A stretch of DNA of 64,000 nucleotides, taken from positions 66,156,001-66,220,000 of the forward strand of contig NC_087437.1 in assembly GCF_036321535.1 (NCBI RefSeq). Direction: 5' to 3'. The stretch is from Camelus dromedarius. Taxonomy: Eukaryota. Both the position numbers and the translations under genes were made by a program. The notes below the pieces were generated by a model that was given only the letters and a program-made list of their open reading frames with translations, did not search any database and had not been told where the DNA came from. This document shows, one piece after another, positions 24,230 to 36,500 of this stretch (position 1 is the first letter of the stretch; each line of letters opens with the position of its first letter).

Positions 24230-25690
24230 TTTCTGTTTGTCAAGAGGATATTCAGTAAACAACACCAAAAGCACAAGCAACAAAAGAAAAATAAATACAT
24301 TCAATGTCATTAAAATGTGTGCTTCAAAGAATGCTATCAAGAAAGCTAAAGGTATATACTAAAGAAAATGAGAACATATAGCCACACAAAAATGTGTACA
24401 TGAATGTTCATAGCAGCATTATTTGTAGTAGCCCAAAAGCAGAAACAACCCAAATGTCCATCAGCTGATGAATAGATAAATGAAATGGTATATCCATTTA
24501 TGAGCTGGTATTCCACAATAAGAAAGAATGAAGTCCTGATTCATGATACAACATGGATGAACCTTCAAAACATGTTAAATGAAGGAAGACAATCACAAAA
24601 GGCTATATATTGTATGATTCCATTTATATAAAATGTCCAGAAAAGATAAATCTGTAGAGACAGCAGGTGGATTAAGCAGTTGCCTATGGCTGGGGAAAAA
24701 CAAATTTAAACTATGAGATATACACCAAATGTCTTAAATTTTTAAAGATAATGTTACTATAAGGATGTGAAGCTATGAAATTCTTATCTGCTCAGAGTGA
24801 GAAGGCAAGTTGGTACAACCACTTTGGAAAATAATTTGGCATGTCTTTTTTTTTCCTGTGAAAAATTTTTTCTTCCGGTGTTATTGAGATATAATTGACT
24901 GCATAAGCACTGTATAAGTTTAAGGTGTGCGGCATAATGATTTGACTTACATACATCATGAAATGATGATCACAGTAAATTTAGTGACCATACATCATCT
25001 CATAGAAACAAAATTAAAGAAATTGGAAAAAAACTTTTCCTTGCAATGAGAACTCTTAGGATTTACTCTATTAACAACTTCCATATATAACATATAGCAG
25101 TGTTAGTCATATTTCTTATGCTGTACATTATATCCCTAGTACTTATTTATCTTATATGGTATATTTTCTAACATTAACTATTCATATACCTTGTGATCCA
25201 GCAAATCTACTAAGAAATTATTCCCATGGAAAATGTATGCACATTTAGTCCAAAAGTTATATAAAGAATATTCACAGTAACATTATTTGCAATCACCCCA
25301 AATGTCCTTCAGTAGTAGAAAGAATAAATAAGTTATAGTATATTCTTGCATTGAAATACTGTTCAATGCAAATGAAGCAAGTTACAGTTAACACCCGGCA
25401 ACAGGGTCAAATTTCAGAAATAACATCAAATTTAAAAAGCCAGCCACAAAAGAACATGTACTATATGATTCCCCTAACTTTAATAAAGTTTAAAAGCAGG
25501 CATAACTAAAGTATGGTATTAAAGTCAAGATAGTGGTTTACCTTGAGGAAGGAAGAAAAGAGTAATCATTATGAGTGGAGGTTTTAGGGTGTTGAAATGT
25601 TCTTTCTTTTGACTTGGGTGATAGTTACATAGATATTTTCTTTGTGATAATTCAGTGAACTAAACATTTATAATTTATACACTTAAAAAA
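24230..25690. mobile_element. Cluster of old L1 3' fragments, mostly + strand, with an antisense L1 3' end at ~24860-25160
   Basis: L1 3'UTR motifs: aacaacccaaatgtccatca, acaacatggatgaacct, tgattccatttatataaaatgtccagaa, and antisense ttattgagatataattgac. Confidence 0.7.
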
Positions 25691-26168
25691 ATCATCTTGG
25701 GTAGGAAAGGTATTTTTAAAGCCATCATCTCAGGGTTATCTACAAGTGTAGGAGCCTTGACTAGGCGGTGGCTGTGTCTTCAGGGGACTGTTGAGCATGA
25801 GGACAAAGAGTCAACATCTAAATACCTTCTTTACATTGTGCCAAATGTCCACGTGTGTTCAAGTGTTTCACCATAATAGCCTTTCTTACTTTGATCAAAT
25901 TACTGTATTAGGATTTGTTCTAAAATTTCCTGTTTCCTGCTTTTGTAAATGTAGCTGAGCATCATATTTTCACTTAATTTGGATGTTAACAAGATTAGAC
26001 AGTAATCTGACATTAATCTATTTCTGATCCTATTCTATTCCTTCTTCCATCTTTATCTCCCTAAAGAGCTTGCTTTCTAGGGGGAGGGAGGTTTTCAGAT
26101 AGTAGAAATTTTTCAGACATTTTGAATTTTGCCATGATCAATGGATAAACATGCTATTGTCACTCGGG

Positions 26169-26170
<2 letters not shown>

Positions 26171-26206
<36 letters not shown>
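26171..26206. repeat. (TG)18 microsatellite
   Basis: Direct reading. Confidence 0.97.
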
Positions 26207-26208
<2 letters not shown>

Positions 26209-27574
26209 GGGAGGAGGTGGTGATCAGGATGCTAATCTGTGCACAGTGACCTTTGTTTCTCTCTGGCTGAGCAGATGTAGGAATTAATCATTGTCACTCC
26301 TGGATGCTGCGGCTGCAGCTGTCCCCCCTGCCTTTCTGTCTCTGATAGATTTATTAGTGCATTTTGTTTGCTGGAAAACATGCCTCAGCAGAGAAGAACT
26401 GGCAAATTAGAGAAGCTTGTCTGTGAATATAATTCTCTAGAAACATGTTGTTTTTTCTATACATCTGTACTTAGACGCTCCAGACTGTTTAAAAGAAGAA
26501 GAAAGAGAGAAAAGAAAAACAAACTGGTAATATTGTTTATGTAACAGCTGGACAATTATTTTCCATCCTGAGAAATTTACATTAGATCAGTATCATGACC
26601 ATACAGCCTAGGATTGCAAGGAACTGATTGTCTTCTAACCTCTGTACCCTTCTTTTTGTAACTGCCCTCCCCACCCCCACTTAACTTCCAACTATCAGTT
26701 TAGTCCTACGCCTGGAATCTGGGCATACTTTGGCTCTAGGCACAAGAATATAAGTGGCCTAAATTAGTACTAAATTCATTTTATAGCAGGCACCACTGGT
26801 AACTCTCAGACCGTAACTAACACGTCTGGACCCCAAGCATGGGGGGTAGATATCCCTGCAGCCTCATTCAAATCCAACCCAGGGCAGTATTGACACCAAC
26901 CTGGATGGAAATCAAAGCAGCCACACCCTTTTGGATGTTGGGAGTCAGCTCCAGAATCCAGTACAAATTTCTTGGGTCTGGCCTATCTATTTTCATTTTC
27001 CCCTTTTCTCTATCAAATCAGCACGCTCCAGAGCAGAGGCTAACGGGGAACAGCCAGTACCTACTTAGAGTCTGTTCATTTCTTTCTGGTGGCTTGCTGC
27101 CTGCCAGACTCCTAGACATCTACACTAGCCTGTAGTGTACCCCCCTTTCTGGTGCCACCCCTCACTCACTGGGTCCTCTGCTAATTTCCTGAACTCCTTG
27201 ACCCTGCTTGATGGACTTTGATTCTCACTCACAGTTTACTGTTTTATTAATTCTTTATGTATTTCTCGTCCTCAAAATGGTCTCCTTGTTCTAGACATCC
27301 TTGCATGTTCAATCTCTAAATTACCACTGCTTGTTCTTCCTTTCATGCTCCCAGCATCTGGTTTATGTATCTTAATTTTATGATTCTGCCTGGACTCCTA
27401 TATTCGAACTCTTCTGGTCTAACCTCTTTGGCCATCATTTGAGCCCCAATTCTGACCATCCTTCTGTCTCTGATAGTGATAACAGGCACCTTGTTAGGAT
27501 AAGATAGGTTAATCCTCTGGATGTCAACTTCAGTCTTTGGGCCCATCTCCCCCCCCCCCAAAAACAAGCAATTG

Positions 27575-28010
27575 AAGTGTCCATTGGCAGAGGGATGGAT
27601 AAACAAAATGTGATATATACATACATTGGAAAAGTATTCAGCCCTAGAAAGGGAGGAAATTGACACATGTTACAACATGGATGTCTCTTGAAGACATTAT
27701 ACTAAGTGAAATAAGCCAGTCACAAAAAGACAAATAATGTATGCATCTACTTATATCTAGGGTAGTCAAGCTCATAGAAATAGAAAATAAAATGGTTGTT
27801 GCCAGGGGCTGGGGGGGGGTGTGAGGGAGAAATGAGGGATTGTTGTTTAGTGGGTATAATATTTCAGTTTTGCAAGATGAAAAAGTTCTGGAGATTGGTT
27901 ACACAACAATGTGATTATAATTAACACTAATGAACTGTACGCTTAAAATGGTTAAGATGGTAAATTTTGTGTTATTTATTGAAGGTAATTTTATCACAAT
28001 TAAAATCTTT
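27575..28010 (+). mobile_element. L1 3' end (L1MA/MB-like)
   Basis: gatggataaacaaaatgtg..ctaagtgaaataagccagtcacaaaaagacaaata..actgtacgcttaaaatggttaagatggtaaattt. Confidence 0.8.
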
Positions 28011-28589
28011 TTAAACTTTAAAGAGAAAGATAAAAACTCCTATTAGTAGTAACGTATATTGATAAAATATAATCTATTATTGGACCGTTTCCTTAAAACT
28101 ATATTTTATTGCCTATACCATTTGATCATCCTTGAGTACCTACCTGTTGTGTGAAGTTGTTACTTTATTTTTCATATGCCAACTTTGCGTTTCTGAACCT
28201 TTACATGGTATCCTCTCTTTCAAGTAATCCAGGATTTCCTTCTACCATACACAAGATCTCTTTGTGATTTAATAGGCTTCAGTCACATCCCTATTGGCCT
28301 TTCCCTTTCCAGGCTGCAGAAAGGTCTGTCCTCATTCTATAGAGACCCTGCCATTCAGCTTTCCTTCTCCAGAATTTATTTATTATTCTCATGTCCTTAT
28401 TTAGTAAAGGTGACCAAAGCCAGATGTTTCATTCTGGCACACAAGAAAGGGGAGGCCTAGTTTTGCATGAGATGCACAACAAACAATATTAAAATAGAAA
28501 TGTTATTGGCAAGGAGAGTGTTTCTCAAATCTCCATGGGTAGGAATTCCTCAGACACATAAGATAACAATAAGAAAGCACTTATTCTCT

Positions 28590-29420
28590 TGAAATATAAT
28601 TTACATACTATGAAACTCACCTTTTTGAAGCATACAGTTCAGTAGTTTTTAGTTCATTCACAAGGCTGGACAATCATCACCACTATCTAATTCCAGAACA
28701 ATTTCGTTACCCTAAAGAGAAACCCCAGACCTGTTAGCAGCCCCTCCCTGTTTCTCCCCTCCCCCAGCCTTTAGCAGCTACCAGCCTACTTTCTACCTCT
28801 ACTTGCCTAATCTGAACAGTACATACAGAGTCATACAGCGTGTGACCCTTTGTATCTGGCTTCTTTCACTTAGTGTAATCTTGGCATAATGATTACAAGG
28901 TTCATCCATGTTGCAGTATGAAGCAGCACGTCATGCCTTTTATGGCTGAAAAACATTCTGTTGTGCATGGATAGTCCACATTTTGCTTATCTATTCATCA
29001 GTTGACAGATATTTGTTTATTTCTGCTTTTTCTGGCTATTATGAAAAATGTGCTGCTATGAACACCCATGTGTAAGTTTTTGTGTGGACCTATGTTTTCC
29101 TTTGTCTTGGGGACATACCTAGGAGTGGAATTGCTGTGTCATATGGTGGCTCTGTGCTTACATAAATGCTGAGCTGTTTTCCAAAGTAGCTGTACCATTT
29201 TATAATCTCACTACCGATATATGAGGGTTCCAGTTTCCTCCACATCATTGCCAACACTTGTTATTATATGTCTTTATTCTATCCATCCTAGTGTGTATGA
29301 AGTGGTTTTGATTTACATTTCTCTGATGGCTAATAATGTTGAGCATCTTTCCATGTATGTATGAATCATTTGTGTATCTTCTTTGGAGAAATGTCTATTC
29401 AAATCCTTTCACAATTTAAA
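28590..29420 (-). mobile_element. L1 3' end (L1MB-like), antisense
   Basis: ttgaaatataatttacatac..caatcatcaccactatctaattccagaaca..ggagtggaattgctg..ggagaaatgtctattcaaatcc. Confidence 0.8.
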
Positions 29421-29451
29421 AAATTAGAGTATCTTAGGAATATACTTAAAC

Positions 29452-29622
29452 CAATGATATCTTAGATTTGGTTTATATTAGAATCTCCTAGGGAACTTTT
29501 AAAAATCCTGATACCCAGGCTTCATCCTGTGCCAGTTAAATCAGAATGTCTTGGGATGGGAGAGCAGCAGCAGTTCTTTTTCCAGTTCCGCAGGTGATTC
29601 CAGTGTTTGAGAACCAGTTCCA
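29452..29622. mobile_element. MER5A-like hAT MITE
   Basis: ttagaatctcctaggga..ttaaatcagaat..caggtgattcca..tttgagaacca. Confidence 0.7.
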
Positions 29623-29639
29623 TAGATTAGATGACCAAG

Positions 29640-30420
29640 CTGATGATACCAATATACAAATGTTAAAGATTTAGAAACTTAGAAATCATGCCAGCTATTA
29701 AAAATTAAACTAAGTGTGAACTGTAAAAGCCTAATCAGGTCAAGAGGTAGAAGTGAGCTTTTTAGCAAGGATTTTTGATAGGATGAACTTTCCTTTCATA
29801 GGAAGTTTCAAACCACCTACAGTCCTGGCTGTGGTTCTTGCCTTGTGACTAGGGTTGGTCTTAGGAGGTAACCATGGGGGAGCCAATAAATGTGAGTTAT
29901 TGTGACATCCTAAATCCATAAGCCCAGAAAATTTATCTCAATTATTCATTGTTCAAAAGGAAACTATGACAAAATGTATTAACTGGGATAAAGTTGAAAG
30001 GTAGGCTTTTGAATCATGAGAAGATAGAACACTGTTTTAAGAGACTTTATTGGAAGTTTAGAGAAAGAGTAACTGAGAATTAAAAAAAGAAAAAAATCCA
30101 AGCACTTAAAAATTCGACAGTCACAGTGGTTATTGTGGAGGGAAAAGGACATCTCTCAAAGAATGTAAAAAGCTACCCAGAGGAGATCAGGGAGCCCACA
30201 GAGTATGTCAGGTTAGTTTCAAAATAGGAAAAAAGTCTTTGAGAAACACCTTTGAAGAAAGTCCAAAACACATAAAGGGATTATTTAAATCTATTAAAAG
30301 GCAGAAGCTAGAATAACAGTGGGATCTTTTGCTGTTGATGATGGGGCACAGGGAGTGCTCAGAGACCAAAAGACAGTAAGACTAAACTAATTATGTGCCT
30401 CTGAATTTGTTGAGAAAGAT
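29640..30420 (+). mobile_element. CR1/L3 LINE remnant (ORF2 region)
   Basis: Degenerate segment ~30270-30410 resembles the CR1 ORF2 pattern KGFFKYI..K....VG.L......D..KA..LN.YFAS.F. Highly decayed. Confidence 0.45.
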
Positions 30421-30499
30421 ACCAGAGTGATTATCACACTCAAATTGCCTCCTATGAATGAATCAGTGGTAATTGCTCAAATAGTTTTCTGTGTTTTGC

Positions 30500-32060
30500 A
30501 CATTTCAAATCAGGTAGACAAATAAATATTGATTAGCCACTAGAAACTGTTGGCATTCCCCTTGAGACTTTTGAAGGCCTCCAGAGGAAATTTTTCTCTT
30601 GATCATGCCTTTCCCTGAAGATGTTGCCCCAGCCCTCCTCATCCTATTACCACCAAGCCTCTTAAAAGAGTGGTCTTTGCTACCTACCTCCACTTCCTCA
30701 TCTCCAATTCAGTCTTCAACCCATGCCCTGATTCCACTGAAATGACTCCTGCCAAGGTCATTAAACCAACTGATACCTTTTTAGATGCCGTCCTGTTTAG
30801 TCTCAAGCCAGATGACACTTAACCATCTCCTCTGTCCCTCCTTTCTAAAACGTCTCTGTTCTTAACTTTACCACGCGTGAATGTCCTGGCTTTACCTCTT
30901 TGCTTCTTACCAGCTGCTTTCCCTAGCTCCTGCATTCCACCTCCCCATTTATGTTGATATCATCCTGGGTTCCAGTCTTACTTCACTTCTTACACTACAC
31001 CCCTCACCTGGTCTTAATCCCTCCTGCAGCATATTCCCAAACCCTGCCTCTTTCAAATCCCAGTTTCTAACTTCATAGTTGATATTGTCAGATGGATGTT
31101 CCTCAGTCAGTTTCGATTCAGTGACCAAAAACCAGACTCATACCTTACCACTCATTTTTCTCTACCTCCATGTATTTCTTATCTCAGTTGACAGCACTAC
31201 CATCCATCCACTCCTCATTCTGGATTTCTTCATCTCCTTACACATCCAGTGAGTCAACAAGTCTTAGATAGTTAACCTCTCAAATGTCTCTCAAATCGGT
31301 CTCCTATTATCTGTCTCCATTGCCCAAGTCTGGTCTGCTTTTCATCTGAATTTTTGCAGTAGCCCCCTACCTATTGTCCATTTCCAATTCAGCCTCTGCC
31401 CTCTTGCCAGCATTTTTTTTTCAAGCATAGACTTCTACTGCCTACACAATTCCTAAGGTAGGCACTTAAGATCTTTTGTAGCCTGGCTTTAACCTACAAT
31501 TTCTGCTTCTTTAAATTAAGTTGTGCTCTCATCAGACGAGGTAATATGTAATCACCTAGAGGGTACCGTGCACTTTCATCACCAGTTCTTTGTTCATGCT
31601 CTTCCTTGTTTCGTGACTCTTCTCATTTTTCACCTGATAAACTCCTATTCATCCTTAAGACAAACTCTTATCCATCAAAATGTGGGCCCTGGACCAGCAG
31701 CATCAGTATCATTTGGGAACTCATTAGAAATACAAATTCTTGGGGCTCTACCCTAGATATACTGAATCCAGCACTCTGTGGGATGATGACTAGATCTGTA
31801 TTTTAACAAGCTCTTTAGGTGATTCTTGTCAATTCTAAAATTTAAGAACCACTGTTCTAAGGCACAATTCCTTTATCAGTGCACACAGTACTTTGCATAT
31901 ACCTGTATTACTTACTGTGTTGTTTCATAATCATATTTACCTATCCACTTATCCATCCCCTCTGCCTCATATTGAGTCCTCAAACTCAAATACCTTAGTT
32001 TTCTGTATTTGCTAGCACCTGCCACAGTGTCTGGCATACAGGAGATGCTTGATAAGAATT
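30500..32060 (+). mobile_element. L2 (long fragment) interrupted by MER5A
   Basis: ccactgaaatgactcctgccaaggtca, tggatgttcctcag and terminal gcacctgccacagtgtctggcatacaggagatgct. Confidence 0.7.
31665..31857. mobile_element. MER5A hAT MITE
   Basis: ggaccagcagcatcagtatcatttgggaactcattagaaatacaaattctt..tttaacaagc..aggtgattct..aagaaccactg. Confidence 0.85.
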
Positions 32061-32139
32061 TAGAACCGAAAACGTATCCTCCTCCCCTCCAGGAATCGTT
32101 CCAGAGAGAGTGAATACAGGCACACATCACTAATAATCA

Positions 32140-33052
32140 AAAGATATCCAAGGTTTCTACCTTTAAAGGCCAACATGTGTCACACTCACCAAAAGCACAC
32201 ACACTGACCATACCCAGCATCAGCAAGAATGCAGAGAAACTGGATGTCATACATTGCTGTTGGGTAAAATGGTACCACTACCCCGGAAAAAGGTTGGGAA
32301 GATTTGTACAAAATCAAACATAGACTCACTGTGTAATTTAGCAATCACACTCCTGGTATTTGCCCTAGAGAAATGAAAACTTACGTTCACACAAAAACCT
32401 GCACACAATGTTTATGGCAGCTTTATTTGGAATAATCAAAACCTAGAAACAGCCCAAACATCCTTCAACAGATGAATGGACAAACAAACTGTGGTACATC
32501 CGTACAGTAGAACACTACCCAGCAATAAAAGGGAGCAAGTTATTAACACATGTAACCACTTGGATGACTCTCCAGGCCATTATGCCGAGAGAAAACAGCC
32601 AGCCTCAAGGGGTTACACACTGTATGATTCTATTTATATTGCATTCTCAAGAGATGAATTTATAGTGATAAAGAACAGATCAGAGGTTGCCAAGGGTTAT
32701 GGTTGGAGGAAAGGTGTGACTGTGAAGAGGGTAGTGTGAGGGAGGTTTTGTTTTGTATGCATAATGGGACAATTTAGTATCCTGATGATGGTGGTAGTTA
32801 TGTTAATCCATACATGTGATAAATTTCATAGATCTACACACACGCAGACACAAGGAGTACATGTAAAAACTGGTGGAATTTGGACAGGGTCATAGTTTAG
32901 TTAATAGTATTACATCAGTGTCAATTTCCTGGTTTAGATAATGTATTCTAATTATGCAATATGTTATCTTTGGAGAAAGCTGGGTGAAGGGTACACAGAA
33001 ACTGTTCTGGTTTGCAACTCCTTGTGGGTCAAATGATTTCAAAATAAAAAGC
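32140..33052 (+). mobile_element. L1 3' end (L1MC-like)
   Basis: ctagagaaatgaaaacttacgttcacacaaaaacctgcacaca..gatgaatggacaaacaaactgtggtacatcc..gctgggtgaagggtacaca..atttcaaaataaaaa. Confidence 0.8.
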
Positions 33053-33449
33053 CTTTGAAGCAGAAGAAAGCACAGGGATTTCTGGTGAAAGGTAAATTAG
33101 AAAACGCTGCTTGACACAATGCTAAAATGGGGCCCAGGAAGTGGAGGGAAGTTCACTGCCCAGTGGAGATGGGAAAGGAGGGAGGTGGGGTGGAAATCCC
33201 TGTCTTGGAGACCATTTAGTAGAACATGGCCTGGACCTGTTAGCCTTTCTCCAGTCTGACTACAGACTCCTGCTCACTTGGGGGAGAGTGAGAACAGGTG
33301 GAGAGGGACGTGAAAGCTTCCTTATCAGCAGTTTTCCACGTAGGGGGGGTGGGACGAAAACTGTTCCCCACCAGCCTAGGTGGGGAAATGGAGAGAGGAT
33401 GTTAACCTTCCTTAACAATGTTCATGGAAGTGTAAATGTGTGACCAGTG

Positions 33450-33830
33450 AAAGATTAAATGGCATAAGAACTTAGGCTCTGGAATCAAACTCTACCTCAA
33501 ATCCCAGCTCCATCACTTACGAGTCATGCGACTAGATCACTATTGAACTTTGCTAAATCCCATTTCTCTACTTAAAAATAGGAGTAATGATGTAACCTAT
33601 AGTGAAAAAGAATATGAAATGAATATATGTATGACTGAAACATTATGCTGTACACCAGAAATTGACACATTGTAAACTGACTATACTTCAATTAAAAAAA
33701 AAAACTAAAAAATAAAAATAGGAGTGATGATATTACGTATCTCAAGATGCTGTGAAGATTGCTTTAGGTGGTATATAGAGAGTGCTTAGCAACAGCCTAG
33801 CACATTTAATATATAATCAATGTTGCCTAT
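33450..33830 (+). mobile_element. MIR interrupted by a short L1 insertion
   Basis: ggctctggaatcaaac..tcaaatcccagctccatcactta on the left and agtgcttagcaacagcctagcaca on the right. Confidence 0.7.
33592..33712 (+). mobile_element. 121-bp extremely 5'-truncated L1 3' end with A-tail and 19-bp TSD
   Basis: TSD taaaaataggagtaatgat (33573-33591) / taaaaataggagtgatgat (33713-33731). The insert matches the reverse complement of the L1 3' end at ~55530-55650. Confidence 0.92.
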
Positions 33831-36129
33831 TGTTTTTAATATTATTTGATATAATTACCAATATTCTAAGAAATAGAAAAAATATATATGCAGATGATTC
33901 TGAACATAATGTAATTTTTGATGATTCAGAGGTGCTTCAAGATCCTTCAGTACTTCAAACATAAAATCAGCATTTAGTCCCTATGAGTATACATACAGAC
34001 AATTTAACTTAAAATTCATAGTTGCTAATTTCTATCACAGGCCTCTTGTGTGCTTTTTACTTTAGACACATTATCTCTAAGCTGTATAGCATTCAGGAGG
34101 ATAAACATTATTTTCCCCAGATATCCTTTCAGATAAAGAAACTGCCTCAACATGGTTAGACAGATCATCCACCACACACAGCTAGTCAATCTAGTCAGTT
34201 TGATTTCAAAGCCATGCTTTTTCTACGACATCTTGTTACCTCAGTATTAACCTCAGTATTAATCCATGCAAGCTGCTTAAACACACACACAGATTATCTA
34301 ACAGTTGTTCCTTTCACATCAGATTACAGGACAGAACATACAGCTCCTGTCACAGCCTAGGGCAGACACTTTCAGGCCACTGCTGGGGCCAAGACTTGGA
34401 GACACTAGACAATGATGGAAACCAAGAGCCCAAAGCCGGCTGTTGCAAGAATTCAGTCTGGGGTTCCAGCCAGTAGGTAAAGCCAGGAGTCATAAGGGAG
34501 CCTGCCAAGATCAGAGATCCAAGCTAGCAGTCAGAGTTGGAAGGGGCAGGCAAAGCCCAGCAGAAGGCACTCCAGGGGACTCAGGACTTCCTCTCTGTTT
34601 CCTCTTGATGATAAATTCCTGGTCAGGGGGGCCTTCAAGGGGCCTCAGGGGAGGAGGCAGGTGAAAAACCCCAGACCTGCCAGAGCTACTGCTGAACGTT
34701 AGAAACCAGGATCAGAAAGGCCCGTAGCAGAAGTTTGTGGATCAGTAGGATGTACATAGTGTCCCAGGCAGCTGGGGTAAACTGGGGGGGAAGTGAAAGA
34801 ACACTAGAAGGAACCAGGAGTCAGGACATCTGGATTAGCTGTCCCAGTGTGGTCCCTATCTGGCTGTAAAACTGCATGCAGTCTCTTCTTCTTAAAATGA
34901 GGGAGTCAGGTCCACTCACTGGTTTAGAACCCTAAGACTCAAAGCCTGCCCTAGGCAATTCGTGGGGGCTGGTGAGGGAGGAGCAAACAGGTCCTGCCTT
35001 TCCTGTAGTCCCCCTTTTTCTCTTCTGAGTACTCTTCCAAGACTAATACTTTACCCAGGATAACAGACATTTATGTTTCCACTCAGTTCAGGGCCCTGTA
35101 GACGGTGCTGGTAGAGACAAAGCTGAGTAAAACCCGGTCCCAGCATCATGAATTCCCAGATTCTAGCTCAGTGGGGAATGAATAATTCCAGCAGCTGTAG
35201 TTGTTCCAGATTCCTCTCAGATTCACCAAGGCTCAAAATTCTGACGCACACCTGAGGAAGAAAGGAGAAGGCGGCAAGGAAACCTCCCTAGTACGGCAGT
35301 CGAGCCTTTCGTGCCCCAGAGATCAACTGACCTGTCACCTGGTAGATAATATTCTGGTTCACAGCAGACTCCCTGTGACTGAGTGTTTCATGTGGCCAAT
35401 CGGGCCTGTGTTTTATGCTGTACTGAAGATCGGGGCATCTGCTCTGCCCTTCGGGAAGTGCTACCGGCCTCCTGATAGGAGTTGCTCGAGGCCTTTTCCC
35501 CGCAGCTAAGGAGAGAAAGGAAGTTGAAATCACTGCTTCACAAATTACAACACATGCTTATACTCTAGGGTATGAGGTTATATAACAGAAGAAGATTTTT
35601 TTGTGTTCGTAGTGTTTTTCCCCCTGGCATTTAAAAGCACACTTAAAATATACTACAGGTACAATGAGACATGGCAACAATACATTTGGAAACTAATTTT
35701 AAAAAAAAATCTATGTGAAGTGTAGCCATATTGCTTCAAATTAAAACCATATAAGCTCCTTTCTGGTAAGGGTACCCTTTGGTACCGTTTTTTTCCCTCT
35801 TATCACCAATTTATCTTGAATCTATCAGTATGCTTTTTCACTGCTTTCCTAAACTTGATCTGGTAATGAAGTAATTAGTGGGCATTTGATCTTCTATCTA
35901 CATTTCCATATTTCAGCTTTAAAAATATTTGCAAGGCTGCATTTTAAAATTGATCCTTAGGCCTGTCTATGGTCCAGGAGAGCTGTGCATTCTGAAATTT
36001 GTATACTGGAAATTTATGTTCATAGTCACCTAAAATATACATACATTCATATATATATGTAGGTTTTGTTAAATGGCTCCATGAATAGGGAGAAAATAAC
36101 TGCTAATATTAGATTAAATTTTTATTCTG

Positions 36130-36500
36130 TCTTAAAAGATGAAAAGACAGAGTAAGAAAATTGTCTTTGCAATGAGGAGGTTAGAAACCAGGGAGGTGAT
36201 GTCCTAATGAGCTGAGGACAGAAATTATATCACATTTGCCTTCCTGTCTCAAGTTCTTCTTAATACCTTGGCAAGTAGATATTTAGGAATTGCTGAACTA
36301 ATGTTTGATGTGGGAAGATCGTTAAAAAGATAATGACTAAAACATGGAGACACTAAGGTCATCTTTTGTTAAAGGGAAATTTGAGGACAGGCTATTTAGC
36401 AAGTTTTCTTTTGTACTTAATAGCTAAATATTTTGACTGATTGATTGGGACATAAATTCTAATACATCTTTGGTAACCAGGTCAGCCTGTTGTTCTGCTT
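36130..36500 (+). mobile_element. Possible CR1/L3 remnant (RT-proximal)
   Basis: Weak resemblance to the CR1 region W..ANV..IF.KG...D..NY. Very decayed. Confidence 0.3.

Noticed and set aside
34330..34720. Possible ancient LTR (Gypsy-like) fragment; similar impression at 60420-60960
   Set aside because: I could not identify termini, TSDs or a family by eye, so it needs a Dfam search.
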